Source of the DNA: an uncultured bacterium
GTDB taxonomy: Bacteria; Krumholzibacteriota; Krumholzibacteriia; Krumholzibacteriales; Krumholzibacteriaceae
Reading direction: 5' to 3'
DNA: 64,000 nucleotides
Assembly (NCBI GenBank): GCA_963813815.1
Contig: CAWFAD010000012.1
Coordinates: 128,001 to 192,000, forward strand
Part shown: positions 9,765 through 19,973 of the stretch, piece after piece
How the letters are laid out: each line of letters starts with the position of its first letter
Position numbering within the stretch: the first letter of the stretch is position 1
The notes under the pieces: model-generated
Told to the model about the DNA's origin: nothing
Databases searched by the model: none
The model's input: the letters and a program-made list of their open reading frames with translations, nothing else
Program-made: the position numbers and the translations under genes

Positions 9765-11312
9765 TCATTTCAGCGAGGAGAGGTAATGCTGAACCTCGCG
9801 CCGGACCTCTTCGCGAATCGAGGCCCCCTTGCCGGCGAGCCTCGAGAGGGAGGCCTTGTCGATGAACCGCACGTGCACGAACTTGCGGAGCGAGGCGAGG
9901 GAAATCTTGGCGGGATTCTGAAGCAGGTTGATGGGAACCTCCTTGTTCGAAAATCCCGAATAGAGCGAACGATTGTTCGCGAGCATATTGAGAACGCGCG
10001 TCGAGCGCGATTTTTGGGCGATGAGCGGCATGATGCCGGGCTGGGCGACGACCCGCGGATTGTTGAGGAGCTCGACGATGAAGTTGTCGTTATCCATGTA
10101 GGTGAGAACGAGGGTCCGCCAGCTCACGATGGATTCCCGCTGAAGGTTTGTCCAATCGACGTCGCGCGGCGCGTCATCGTTATCGATGAACGGCGCCGAC
10201 GGAACCTTCGAGAGATCGATCGTCAGGATCCTTTCGCTGAGATCGAACCCCGGCATCTTGAGGAGCATCTTGAGGAGATTCAGCGAGGATTGCTTCTGGA
10301 GCATGATCTCGAGCATTCCGCCCCCCGCGGCGTCGATATAGATGGCGAGACAGCTCAAGAAATCGGGCTTGCGGTGCTGGCGGAGCAGCAGCGGATGCAT
10401 GAGGAGCGCCCGTACGACGGAGGTCCCCGTTTTGAGCGACGGGTAGGAATGCGCCTTGGCGCTCTGAGCCTCGAAGAGGCCCGCGATGCTCGCTCCGGCG
10501 GGCGATTCCCGGAGAGCCTCGATCATCGGCTCCCACTTGCCACCGAGGCTTTGCCGGATCACGAGCGTCGCCTCGCCGAAGCGCTGGTAAGCCTCTTCGA
10601 GCGCCTGTATCCGCCAGCGCGTCTCCTCGCCTCTCGTGGTGAGCAGGACCGTGGAGCGCTCCTTGCTCAGAAAATCGATCTTCGTGAGGAGCAGCTTGAT
10701 GCGCAGCTCGACTGCTTCGAGCTCGGCTTCGGCGCGCTCGAGCACGGCCTTGTCCCAGCGCCGGTCCGGATCGGACACGGCGCGGCGAACCTGATCGTTC
10801 CAGTCGAGCCATGGGGAGTCGAGAGGGGCGTTCGAACCGCCGGGGAGCGGATGGGAAATCGAGAGAAGCAACACCTTCTGTTTGAACCAATCCTCGCTCT
10901 CGCGAAGCGGCGTTCCCGCCTTTTCCTTGACGGCGATGTGCGACATGACGCGCCGTATGTTTCTGAACTCGATGAGCTCCATGACGAGATGCTCGGCCGG
11001 AGGCACGGCGAGGAGAGCGGCGCAGACGAGCTTGAACCCGGCCGTCTCGCCGGAAACCGCGAGAGAGGCGATGCGCAGGATGTCCTTGTGCGGCTCTTCC
11101 GCCGTTCCGAGGTACGCGGCGAGCTCGGACGAACGCTTGAAGACGTTCTCGACCGCGGCGATTCTGAGCAGGTTGTCCTTCGACTCCCCGGCGGGCTGGA
11201 GGGGAAGCAGCTCGATCGCGTGGTCGATGAACGGCAGCGGCGGCGGAAAGGCGATAACCTTTCTCCCGCTCGTTTTATCGTCATATACGATTGTCCGAAC
11301 GGCATCCATCAA
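9765..11312 (-). CDS. Hypothetical alpha-helical protein (515 aa)
   Basis: Long ORF with natural amino-acid composition (K/E/L-rich), unlike GC shadow frames. No recognised catalytic motif. Confidence 0.75.
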   Translation of the reverse strand: MMDAVRTIVYDDKTSGRKVIAFPPPLPFIDHAIELLPLQPAGESKDNLLRIAAVENVFKRSSELAAYLGTAEEPHKDILRIASLAVSGETAGFKLVCAALLAVPPAEHLVMELIEFRNIRRVMSHIAVKEKAGTPLRESEDWFKQKVLLLSISHPLPGGSNAPLDSPWLDWNDQVRRAVSDPDRRWDKAVLERAEAELEAVELRIKLLLTKIDFLSKERSTVLLTTRGEETRWRIQALEEAYQRFGEATLVIRQSLGGKWEPMIEALRESPAGASIAGLFEAQSAKAHSYPSLKTGTSVVRALLMHPLLLRQHRKPDFLSCLAIYIDAAGGGMLEIMLQKQSSLNLLKMLLKMPGFDLSERILTIDLSKVPSAPFIDNDDAPRDVDWTNLQRESIVSWRTLVLTYMDNDNFIVELLNNPRVVAQPGIMPLIAQKSRSTRVLNMLANNRSLYSGFSNKEVPINLLQNPAKISLASLRKFVHVRFIDKASLSRLAGKGASIREEVRREVQHYLSSLK

Positions 11313-11435
11313 TTCCGGATTGCAGCATGAATGATTCCAAATCGGTCGTCCGGCAGAGCCGATGCTGACGATTCCGGCGAATATTCCGCCTCCTGCAGCC
11401 TCTCCGCCGGCCGGAGCGCCACGGTCGCCTGCCCG

Positions 11436-12986
11436 CTAGAAGACCGATAGCGCTTGAACCGTCCCGTCGGGCGCCGCCCCCATTTTACAAACAACTTTAT
11501 ACGATATCTGTATCTTGCTGTATTTAATAGATATTAGGCACGCAACGGTCTCGTGTCCGCCCGAAGCGTATTTCCACGGATAAACGCCTTCGAGAGAGGG
11601 TTCGTAATAGTAGCAGGCGGGCGCTCGCCCATGAACGCGGTACCCCGCGTAGGAGACCGTCGCCGCGACGCCGCCTCCCCGCGATCGCGCCCGAATCATC
11701 GGAGCGATGAGGATGCCGCTCCCGCCACCCGATTCGCCGACCCACTTCAGGGCGAGGCGCATCGAAAAGAGCGCGGCCGGATAGAGATCGACGAGCAGAC
11801 CGCACGAGCGGTTTTCCTCGCTGCTCGGCGGCTCGCATCCCGGCTGCGGTAAAAGCGGCGTCTCCTCCGACCCCGCCGCGGCGCCGGAGAGTTTCAGGCG
11901 AAGGATCTTCCATTTCTTCTCGAGCTCGGCTCTCGCGATCGCTCGCTCGCGTCTCTCGGTGTCGCCCGCGCGCACCGTGCGCTCGATCGCCGCCCGAAAA
12001 GCCCCGCGGCGCGCGATCCTGCGCTCCGCCATGACGGAGGCCCCGCCGTACGATGCGATGGAGCTCAGGTTGCCCCCTCCCGCCGCCCCGAAGGGACAAC
12101 CGCCCGACGGAATCGAGTGAAGCAGGGCTCCGAAACGCGTGCCGCCGCGCCGCGCCGAGATCGCGGCGCAGGCGGCGATGCCGCCTGCCCGGCCGCGGGC
12201 CGCCTCGAAGGCGGCGCGAAGAGGCCCTCTTTCTACGCGCGCGTCGGCGCCCGCGAGCAGGCGCCTCCCGTCGCCGGGACCGGTCATCAGGGATATTCCG
12301 GCCAAGGAGCGTCCACCCCGCGCCTCGACCCTACCTCCCGCGATCGTCGCTCCGCCCATGACGAGGCGGCCGCCCCGGATGATGCGCTCCCGTCCCGCGA
12401 AAATGATCGCGCCGACGGGGCCGCGGCGCGCCTCGACCGCGCCGCCGATCAGGGCGCGGCCGTACCCTGAGGTGTTGGAGGCGATCCACCTCCTCTCGTT
12501 CGCGGGAAACGCGCTCGAGAAGACGGAGGGGGCGCTCGCGCCGGCGACGAGCCTCTCGGCGAAATCGGGAGAAAAGCTGCCCGCATGAAGCGAGAGCGCC
12601 CCGCGAACCGGCGCCGCGGCGGCGAACCACGACACCCACGAAACGTCTTCCCCGGTTTTCCTCCGCAGAACGATCCGAAGGCGTTCGGCGTCGATCGAGA
12701 TGCGCTCCTCCCCCCGCTCCCCTTCATCGCCCGGGATTCCGTGGAGCGTGAAACGGGCGCGGGCGCTCATCCTCTTCGATTCTTCGCGGCTCCGCGACCC
12801 ACCGGAACGCTCTTCCGCGGTTTCGAACTCCTCGATGGATACCGCGGGATCGACCGAGTCGCCGAAACCCGCGTCCCCGGCGCGGCCCGCCGCCGCGTCC
12901 CCCGCCGCTCCGCGGCGCGCCCCGCCCGCGCCGCAGCCGGACGCAAGAAACGCCGCGCAGACGAGAATCGATGCGATCCTCACCAC
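11436..12986 (-). CDS. Putative outer-membrane protein/lipoprotein
   Basis: GGAGGAGG RBS, signal peptide with lipobox-like LASGC and amphipathic beta-strands. C-terminal YYYEPSLEGVY resembles FCB ComEA-associated barrel proteins. Exact start uncertain. Confidence 0.55.
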   Translation of the reverse strand: MVRIASILVCAAFLASGCGAGGARRGAAGDAAAGRAGDAGFGDSVDPAVSIEEFETAEERSGGSRSREESKRMSARARFTLHGIPGDEGERGEERISIDAERLRIVLRRKTGEDVSWVSWFAAAAPVRGALSLHAGSFSPDFAERLVAGASAPSVFSSAFPANERRWIASNTSGYGRALIGGAVEARRGPVGAIIFAGRERIIRGGRLVMGGATIAGGRVEARGGRSLAGISLMTGPGDGRRLLAGADARVERGPLRAAFEAARGRAGGIAACAAISARRGGTRFGALLHSIPSGGCPFGAAGGGNLSSIASYGGASVMAERRIARRGAFRAAIERTVRAGDTERRERAIARAELEKKWKILRLKLSGAAAGSEETPLLPQPGCEPPSSEENRSCGLLVDLYPAALFSMRLALKWVGESGGGSGILIAPMIRARSRGGGVAATVSYAGYRVHGRAPACYYYEPSLEGVYPWKYASGGHETVACLISIKYSKIQISYKVVCKMGAAPDGTVQALSVF

Positions 12987-13740
12987 GACCACCTCCTCCC
13001 CGCCCCCGCCGAGGCGCTCAAGCCCAGCGACGGATTGACGCCCCATGAGAAACCGAGGAGCAGACGCCGTATCTCGACGATGACACCGCACGTGAGCTCG
13101 CCCGATCGAAAAGCGTATGCCGCTCGAACGCCGATCCGCTCTCCGAGCGGCACGATCATGTCGATCCGGTATTCCGTCTCGACGCCGTCCGGCGATGAGC
13201 GGCTCAAGCCGGCCATGAGCTCGCCGATGGAGATGCCGCACGACCATGCGCAGCGCCCCGGCGTCGCGCATCTCTCTCGACGAGCGGAAGGGCGAACGTC
13301 GCCGAGACCGAGCGCGCGCGCCGAAAGCCGACGAGCAGACGAAGCGACGACGAACGCTCCGCCGGGAACCCTTCGGCCCGGCGCCGCAGCGTAGCGAGCT
13401 CGGCGCCCGCGATGATTCCCGGAATGGGGACGGGAATCGCGGCCGCGCACGATAGAAGGTCCTCCCGGTAGAGCGAGTGCGAAATCCTTCTCCAGTCGAG
13501 GCCGACCATGACGACGCCGCCGTCGATCTCGCCCTCGAGGCGGGAGGAGACGAGCCCCTCGATCGAGTACGGATTCGCGATCGACAGGAAGACGGACGCG
13601 GCCCTCGCCGTGTCGCGCCCGGCGGCGAAGCGCGGTCCGGAACATGCGCGAAACGGCGTCTCGCCCCATGATGCGGCGGCCCCGGCGCTCAGGCCGACCG
13701 CGAGCGTCTGCCCGGCGACGAGCGCCCGGACGAGGGTCAG
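12980..13740 (-). CDS. Putative PorP/PorV-like beta-barrel protein, probable frameshift near 13265
   Basis: Signal-like N-terminus and YRED motif in one frame; barrel-like C-terminus (GFSWGVNPSLGLS) in another. Confidence 0.45.
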
Positions 13741-15452
13741 CCGCCGGCCACGACCACGCAGGCCTTCTCTCTTCTGCATACCCCACCTCCCGGCCCAATG
13801 AACTCGACGAGGCATACGTAGATCCCGGACGGCAGAGCGCGGCCCTCGTCATCCATTCCGTCCCACCCGCATGAGAAGGCTCGAGCGCCGCCCGCTTCCG
13901 CGAAGAGGCGGCGAAGCTCGATACCGGCGACGCTGAATATCCGCACGCGAAAACCCGTCTCCCCGCGCGCGAGGGAGCCCGAGATGAAGGTCTTGCCGTG
14001 CCGCGCCGGAGAGTAGGGATTCGGGGAGAGCGCGATCCCCGATCCCTTCGGCATCCTACGGAGACGGGTCGAGTTCTCCGCCCCCGGTGTCGCGCCATCC
14101 CTCGCCGCGGACCGGTGCCATACGCCGCCCGGTATCGATCCGCAGGCGGTCTCCGAGTAGCGCTCGATGCTCCGTCCGCGCTCCTCCCCGAGGAGATCAC
14201 CGTAGGAAACCGCCTCGACGAGGGCGCCGGAGGCGTTCCGCAGCGAGATCCTGTCGGCGACGCCGTCGCGCTCGGCGTCGTTGAGGGACGGCCATCCGCC
14301 GGCTGGGATTTTCACGGGAGCGGGGCAGCGCGGGTACCGCGCGGCGAACGCCGCGGAATCGCGGGCCAGAATGAGATATCCGAAAGGCGGCAGAACGAGC
14401 GCCTCCTCGGAAATGATCCGCCTCGAACCCGTCGCGTCGCTCATCGTCCAGCCCTCGAGATCACATGAGGCGCCCATGGCGCCGGCGATCTCGATCCACT
14501 CGCACTCTCCCTCCCCGGGGCGGTACATGATTTCGTTCACCACGACCTCTCCGGGAGACGGGCGGATCGACGCGCGGCTGGTGTCGTCGAGGGCCCAGTC
14601 GTCGGGAGCGCCCGTCAGGCACGCCTCGACCGAGAAGCTATCCGCCACGGGCGACACCGCCCGCGCCGCGATCGAGTCGCGCGTCTCCGGCGCGAGAAGG
14701 AGATCTCTCGATGCCGTCGCGGAATCCGCCGCGCCGGCGGGTCCGGCGACGACGACGCGCAGCGTCACCCGGCCGTCGAACGTCTCCAGTCCTGCGTTCT
14801 TCAACCTCGCCACGAGCGTAAAGCGGGCGCCTCGGCACGGCAGATCGACGAGTGGCGCGATGGACACTTCGATGTCGCGGCGGAAAAAATTGCGCCGCCC
14901 CGGCGTCGGTGATGCCGCGACGAAATCGAAGGCGTTCCGGTCGCTGTCGGCGCCGTCCGGCCTGCGGGCGAGACTCGTCCCCGCCGGCACTTCGGGAGCC
15001 GGGCTCCCCTCGAAGAGCCCGTCGAGAAGGAGCGGACCGTACCCGAGAACGTCGATCCCGCCCGCGGCGGCCACGAGACGAACCGCGTCCGGGCCGTTCT
15101 CGAGCGCGCCCGCGAGAACCCGTCCGGGCGGAGGTTCGCGCGCGCTCCCCGCGACGCAGAAGGCCTCGCCGGGAAGGATCCGGGCTCCCGAGGGGGCGGT
15201 CCAGAGGCACGCCGTTTCCCCCGATGCTCCGTCGACGGATTCTATCCGCCAGCCCGAGAGATCGACGGTGTCAACGCCCGCGTTGTAGAGCTCGACGTAT
15301 TCCCATCCTTCGTCCCGTCCCGGATGGTCGTAGTACACCTCGTTGACGACCACGCGGGAGGTCTCGCCGGGGAACGCCGCGATCGAATGGAGTTGAAACG
15401 AGAGAACAAAGGCGGCACAAACAAAAAGGCTCGTCCACATCACATCCACCAC
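13737..15452 (-). CDS. Secreted lamin-tail domain protein with C-terminal FlgD-Ig/T9SS-like sorting domain
   Basis: Two VVVNEV/IxY...EY/WVE/IEL lamin-tail units; C-terminal SPNPYSP...WDGMDDEGRALPSGIY. Confidence 0.85.
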   Translation of the reverse strand: MVDVMWTSLFVCAAFVLSFQLHSIAAFPGETSRVVVNEVYYDHPGRDEGWEYVELYNAGVDTVDLSGWRIESVDGASGETACLWTAPSGARILPGEAFCVAGSAREPPPGRVLAGALENGPDAVRLVAAAGGIDVLGYGPLLLDGLFEGSPAPEVPAGTSLARRPDGADSDRNAFDFVAASPTPGRRNFFRRDIEVSIAPLVDLPCRGARFTLVARLKNAGLETFDGRVTLRVVVAGPAGAADSATASRDLLLAPETRDSIAARAVSPVADSFSVEACLTGAPDDWALDDTSRASIRPSPGEVVVNEIMYRPGEGECEWIEIAGAMGASCDLEGWTMSDATGSRRIISEEALVLPPFGYLILARDSAAFAARYPRCPAPVKIPAGGWPSLNDAERDGVADRISLRNASGALVEAVSYGDLLGEERGRSIERYSETACGSIPGGVWHRSAARDGATPGAENSTRLRRMPKGSGIALSPNPYSPARHGKTFISGSLARGETGFRVRIFSVAGIELRRLFAEAGGARAFSCGWDGMDDEGRALPSGIYVCLVEFIGPGGGVCRREKACVVVAGG

Positions 15453-15536
15453 CCTTCACCTGAGCCGGAGAGGATTGAAACCGATCGCGCGCCGGATTGC
15501 AAGAAAAATCGAGATGCGGGGCCGCTCGCCGCGCGG

Positions 15537-16811
15537 CTATCTGCGGATCACGCCGAGCCGCTTCAGAACGGCGTGCCCCGCGACCGATCCCTTCTCGTAG
15601 CCGTACCAGGCGTCGGCGATCCGCCCCTCGGAATCGATGATGTAGTTGAGCGGAACGGCGCTCTGCCCCTTGAGGGTCTGGTAGCGCCGGTAGTAGAGAT
15701 CCTTGACGGCCGCCGAAGTGTCCGCGGCGTTCGGAAAGGTGATCCGCCGCTCGTCGAGGTACTCGCGCGCCGCGGCGGAGGCGTCCGCGAAGTTCACACC
15801 CACGACGACGAATCCGTTCTTTGCGTGCTTTCCGTAGAGGCGGTCGAGCTCGGGGAGCTCCACGCGGCAGGGCGGGCACGCGAGACGCCAGAAGCAGAGC
15901 CATACGGTCTTGCCGCGCTGATCGAAGAGGTTGAATCGCGAGCCGTCGAGGAGCGTGACCGTAAAGTCCGGCGCCTCGCTCCCCGGCAAGAGCAGCCCGT
16001 CGACGAGACCCGGCAGGCGGTATTCGGTCCAGCCCGCCGGCGGCTTCCATGAAAACAGATCGTCCGCGAGCGGCGAGTTCACGGAAACCGCCCGCCAGTC
16101 CTCGCGCTTCACGATCTCCCGGCCGAGCCTCACGGTTTCCACGATGCGCCGGGGGAGGCGGTCGCACCGCGCGATCCAGAACACCCGGCTCCGGCGGCGC
16201 TCTTCGTACTCGGCGGCGACGACGTCGCAGACCTCGCCGTCGACCGCGGCGCTCCCCATGCCGCGCACCTCGACGAGAAACGGCTTCATCGGGTCCTGGA
16301 GGCCGTGAAAGACGCTCGGATCGAGGATCGGCGTCGACATGCCCGTCCCGAGATTGCTCGTTTCGCGGCCGATCGAATGCGAGCCCTCGCGCGCGCTCTT
16401 TCGCATGAACGAGTTCATGCCGCCGGAGGACGCCGCCGACGAATCGATCCCCTGAATGAGCGGTCTGCCCGTCGGCCACCAGATCCACATGTCGCGGCCG
16501 TCGACCACGATGATTCCCGTCCGCGAGAGGTCTCCGCTCCGCGACTCGAGGCGCCCGAAGTTCGGCTTTTTGAGGCGCAGCGCGTAGGTAGAACGTCCGA
16601 TCTCCCTCCCGTTCGACTCCCACACGCACTCGCTCTCGACGGAGAGGGTTTTCGCTCCGCGGATCGCCTCGTGCATTCCCTCGAAAATCGAGAGCGCGGC
16701 GGCGCCCTCGCGCCCCGTGCCTTTCGGGCCCGGCCCGCTCGCGAGCGGCGACGAGAGCGCTATCAGCGCGGCGGCGAGCGAGATCGCCGCCCTTCCGAGA
16801 ACAATCGTCAT
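15537..16811 (-). CDS. LolA-like (DUF2092-like) domain fused to TlpA-type redoxin
   Basis: Signal peptide; LKKPN...FWI..LPRR...DDLFSWKPPAG LolA-like fold; APDFT...CPPC...VVGVN...PLNYIID redoxin. ATGA overlap at 16811. Confidence 0.75.
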   Translation of the reverse strand: MTIVLGRAAISLAAALIALSSPLASGPGPKGTGREGAAALSIFEGMHEAIRGAKTLSVESECVWESNGREIGRSTYALRLKKPNFGRLESRSGDLSRTGIIVVDGRDMWIWWPTGRPLIQGIDSSAASSGGMNSFMRKSAREGSHSIGRETSNLGTGMSTPILDPSVFHGLQDPMKPFLVEVRGMGSAAVDGEVCDVVAAEYEERRRSRVFWIARCDRLPRRIVETVRLGREIVKREDWRAVSVNSPLADDLFSWKPPAGWTEYRLPGLVDGLLLPGSEAPDFTVTLLDGSRFNLFDQRGKTVWLCFWRLACPPCRVELPELDRLYGKHAKNGFVVVGVNFADASAAAREYLDERRITFPNAADTSAAVKDLYYRRYQTLKGQSAVPLNYIIDSEGRIADAWYGYEKGSVAGHAVLKRLGVIRR

Positions 16812-18964
16812 ACGAGCCCCCATGCCTTTCGTACGATCCACTCGGCCCCGAGCAGCGCCACAAGGCCGAGAAATCCGAACGCGCTTCCGCGCAGATCGCG
16901 TGCGCTCCGTATCTCCACGCTTTTTCCCGGGAGATTCCATACCGCGGCGGCCGAGTCGAGCGCGGAGCGCTCGACGCACGCCCCCTTCGTCTCCGCCGCC
17001 GTTCTCGCCAGCAATGCGCGGTCCGGGGATGTGTCGAGAAACTCGACCGAGAGCGGCTCGACGGAAAACTCCACCGGCCTCGACGCGCCGAGGGCTCCCG
17101 GCGGCGACTCGACGGCGACGGCGCTGTAGTCTCCGGGCGCGAGCCCGTCGAGCGCCGCCCGAAAGATGCCCGGACGCCGTGGATCGGGCTCGAAGAGGAA
17201 CGTCGCCTCGACGACCGGGGAATCGCCCGATGGGCGGCGCAGCTCGCCGCGAAGACCTTCCGGCGCCTCCCGCTCGCCGATCGAGGCGGTGAAGCGGATA
17301 CGATCCCCGCTTCGATAGAGAGCGCGATCGGCGTCGAGCGCTATCGGCGGCGATTTCGCGCCTTCGGCCAGATATTGAACGATGCCGCCGAGGAGCGATT
17401 CATAGGCGCGGGCTCCCTCGTTCCCGGCGAGCCTCCAGCGCCACAGGGGAAATCCGAGGACGGCGGCCGAGAGCCCCTTGCCCCGGCGGTCGATCACGAG
17501 AAGCGATCCCCCACCGGCCCCCTCGAGAGCGAGCGGAGATCGCGCCCCGGCGCTCGGCGCGAGACCGGCGATCCGCGCGGGAAAGGGCGGCAGCGCGGCG
17601 ATCGAACCGGCCGGGACGAGCGACGCGGCGGAGGGCTCGACGGCGGCCTCCTCCGGGGCCTTCACGAACCACTCCGCGTACTCGACCCGGATCGCTCCCG
17701 CGCGGCGGACGGGAAGCACCCGCTCGAGAAGCGCGAAGGAGGCCTCGCGCGCCATCGGCGACTCCTCCCCGGCGAGAAAGAGAACGCTTCCCCCCTCCTC
17801 CACGTATCGCTCGAGCGTCTCGACGTTTTTCCGTTCGCCGAAGAGCCCTCCGTCGTCCCCCACGATCACGAGATCATAGGGGGCGAGACCGCGGGAGGAG
17901 GCGGGGAACGTCCAGGACGCTCCTCCGGGATCGAGCACGAGGCTCGAGCCCGATATCCGGAGCGCGATGTCGGCGTCGAGGCGCTTCGAACGCCTCGCAA
18001 GATCCCGCAGAAACGCAGTGTTCCAGTCGGCGAGCTCGTCGATCGAGAGCACGCGAATCTTTTCCCCGCGAACGTCGAGCCGAATCGATTCGACGTTGTT
18101 GCCCGGATCGTCCCCGGCCCGCGCGGGGATCGCCTCGATCGTGAGACGGCGCGATCCCTCCCGTTCCGGGACATAGTCGAAGACGGCGCTCAGGTCCTCG
18201 GCTTCGAGCCGCGCCGCGAGCCGGACGATTCCTTTCGGCTCTCCGTCCTCGAGAAGGCGGGCTTCGATCGCGCTTCCGCGGCAGCCGGCCGTCCGGATGA
18301 CCGCCTCCACCCGGAGCGACGTGCCTCGATAGGCGATTCGGTCGGCGACGATCTCGGCGATCGATACCTCCACGCCCCGCGCGGTGTCGCCGTACCCGAC
18401 GGCGAAAACGGGCGCGCCCGAGGCTCCCGCGCGAGAGGCCATCCCTCGCGTCACGCGGCCGTCGCTGAGAAGCACGATGGAAGCGATGCCGCCCGGATGC
18501 CGCCGGCGCGCGGCCTCGAGAGCGCCTCCGATGTCGGTGCCGTCGCCATCCGGCGAAATGCTGTCGGACGATAGAGGGGATGAGGCGAGCGCCTCCGCGA
18601 AGGGCAGCACCTCCACCTCGGCTCCCCTCCTCTCGAGCGCGGCCCGCACGATCGACGCGTCCTCGAGCGCCGCCTCGATCCTGCTCCGTTCCCCTTCATC
18701 CCGGATCCCCATGCTGCGCGACCGGTCGATCAGCACGAGCACGAGCGGCCGCCGCCCTTCCGTGCGGGACGAGACGAAGGCAGGATTGACGACGAGAAGC
18801 GCGAGCATCAGGAAGCTCCCCGCGCGAAGCGCGCGGAGAAGCGCCCGCCGCGCGGGAGGAAGCGGAGGCGCCGTGCGACGATACGCCGCGAGGGAATAGA
18901 CGACGAGACCCGCGGCGAGAACCGCCGCCCAAACGTCGAACCTCATCGCAAAATCCAATTGCAT
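16808..18964 (-). CDS. Membrane-anchored VWA-domain protein with glutamine-amidotransferase-like domain
   Basis: N-terminal TM helices, MIDAS DRSRSMG, TDIG, LLSDG, YDLVIVGD...GGSVLF and C-terminal AEWIVRK. Confidence 0.8.
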   Translation of the reverse strand: MQLDFAMRFDVWAAVLAAGLVVYSLAAYRRTAPPLPPARRALLRALRAGSFLMLALLVVNPAFVSSRTEGRRPLVLVLIDRSRSMGIRDEGERSRIEAALEDASIVRAALERRGAEVEVLPFAEALASSPLSSDSISPDGDGTDIGGALEAARRRHPGGIASIVLLSDGRVTRGMASRAGASGAPVFAVGYGDTARGVEVSIAEIVADRIAYRGTSLRVEAVIRTAGCRGSAIEARLLEDGEPKGIVRLAARLEAEDLSAVFDYVPEREGSRRLTIEAIPARAGDDPGNNVESIRLDVRGEKIRVLSIDELADWNTAFLRDLARRSKRLDADIALRISGSSLVLDPGGASWTFPASSRGLAPYDLVIVGDDGGLFGERKNVETLERYVEEGGSVLFLAGEESPMAREASFALLERVLPVRRAGAIRVEYAEWFVKAPEEAAVEPSAASLVPAGSIAALPPFPARIAGLAPSAGARSPLALEGAGGGSLLVIDRRGKGLSAAVLGFPLWRWRLAGNEGARAYESLLGGIVQYLAEGAKSPPIALDADRALYRSGDRIRFTASIGEREAPEGLRGELRRPSGDSPVVEATFLFEPDPRRPGIFRAALDGLAPGDYSAVAVESPPGALGASRPVEFSVEPLSVEFLDTSPDRALLARTAAETKGACVERSALDSAAAVWNLPGKSVEIRSARDLRGSAFGFLGLVALLGAEWIVRKAWGLV

Positions 18965-19026
18965 AGCATGCGTTCCCTCGCGACCGCGCGACGGAGCCCC
19001 ATGCTACCAGAAACGCCGCGCCGCGG

Positions 19027-19062
19027 AAAAGAAAAAGCGCTCGGCGCGAAGGCGCCGGCGCT
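19027..19062 (-). terminator. Intrinsic terminator ending the STAS/giant-protein operon
   Basis: AGCGCCGGCGC-CTTC-GCGCCGAGCGCT stem followed by TTTTCTTTT on the minus strand. Confidence 0.6.
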
Positions 19063-19096
19063 CATGATGCGATGCGATGAAGCGCGGAACGCGGAT

Positions 19097-19534
19097 CTAG
19101 CCGTTCTTCGTCCCGTGCGTGCTGCCGACCTTGGCGTCCGCCGGGCTCCCCGATTTATCGGAGCCGGCGTCGCCGGCGGCCTTGCCGAAGGCCTTGACCG
19201 CTTCCGCAACGGTGTCGAAGCTCTGGAGGATCGTCTGGAACTCGAGCAGCTCGAAAACCTCGTACACGTCGGCGACCATGGAAGCGAGCTTGAGATCGCC
19301 TCCGTTTTCACGGATCGATTTGATCTCGCTGATAAAGATGCCCCAGCCGGCCGACGATATGTAGTTCACGCCCGCGAGGTCGATGACGATGTTGAAGCGG
19401 TTCTTCTTGAGCAGTCTCTTGAGACTCTCCTCGAGCTCCGCCGACGTCGTGGTATCCACGAACCCCTGCACGGAAAGAACCGACACGTCCGGGTTTTCCT
19501 CGGGCTTCGAGAACGATACGTTGATCCCTTCCAT
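19097..19534 (-). CDS. STAS-domain anti-sigma factor antagonist
   Basis: GFVDTTT...IDLAGVNYISSAGWG...GGDLKL...VFELLEF. Confidence 0.9.
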   Translation of the reverse strand: MEGINVSFSKPEENPDVSVLSVQGFVDTTTSAELEESLKRLLKKNRFNIVIDLAGVNYISSAGWGIFISEIKSIRENGGDLKLASMVADVYEVFELLEFQTILQSFDTVAEAVKAFGKAAGDAGSDKSGSPADAKVGSTHGTKNG

Positions 19535-19559
19535 GGCAACCTCGCTCCTTCTTCCAGCG

Positions 19560-19928
19560 CTATGATGCTTTCGTGTTTTGAGACGCCGCGAACGCGGCGA
19601 TTGCTTCCTCGCGCGTTCCGTAGGGCCGAAGCAGCGTGCTGAACTCGAGGAGCTCGAAAACCTCTCTCACGTCCGGATGCATGGCCGTGAGCTTGATGTC
19701 TCCCCCCCGCTGGCGTATCCCCTTGATCTCGCCCACGAAAATCCCCCAGCCCGCGGAGCTGATGTAATTCACCTCGCTGAGATCGGCGACAATGCGAACG
19801 GTGTTCGACGCGACGAGCTCGTTGAACGTATCCTCGAGAAACTGCGCCGTGCCCGAATCGATGATGCCACCGAGCTTCAGGACGACGACGTTCTCCACGT
19901 ACTCTTCGCTAATAACGAGCTTGTCCAT
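19560..19928 (-). CDS. STAS-domain anti-sigma factor antagonist
   Basis: GIIDSGT...DLSEVNYISSAGWG...GGDIKL...VFELLEF. GAGAGG RBS before ATG 19928. Confidence 0.9.
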   Translation of the reverse strand: MDKLVISEEYVENVVVLKLGGIIDSGTAQFLEDTFNELVASNTVRIVADLSEVNYISSAGWGIFVGEIKGIRQRGGDIKLTAMHPDVREVFELLEFSTLLRPYGTREEAIAAFAASQNTKAS

Positions 19929-19973
19929 TATCTGGCCAGTCCTCTCCTCTGCCCCACCCTGAATTAGCAAACT

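Noticed and set aside
11325..11339. TGGAAT-N5-ATGC sigma54-like motif upstream of the 515-aa gene
   Set aside because: Three mismatches and almost no room for a leader; too weak to call.
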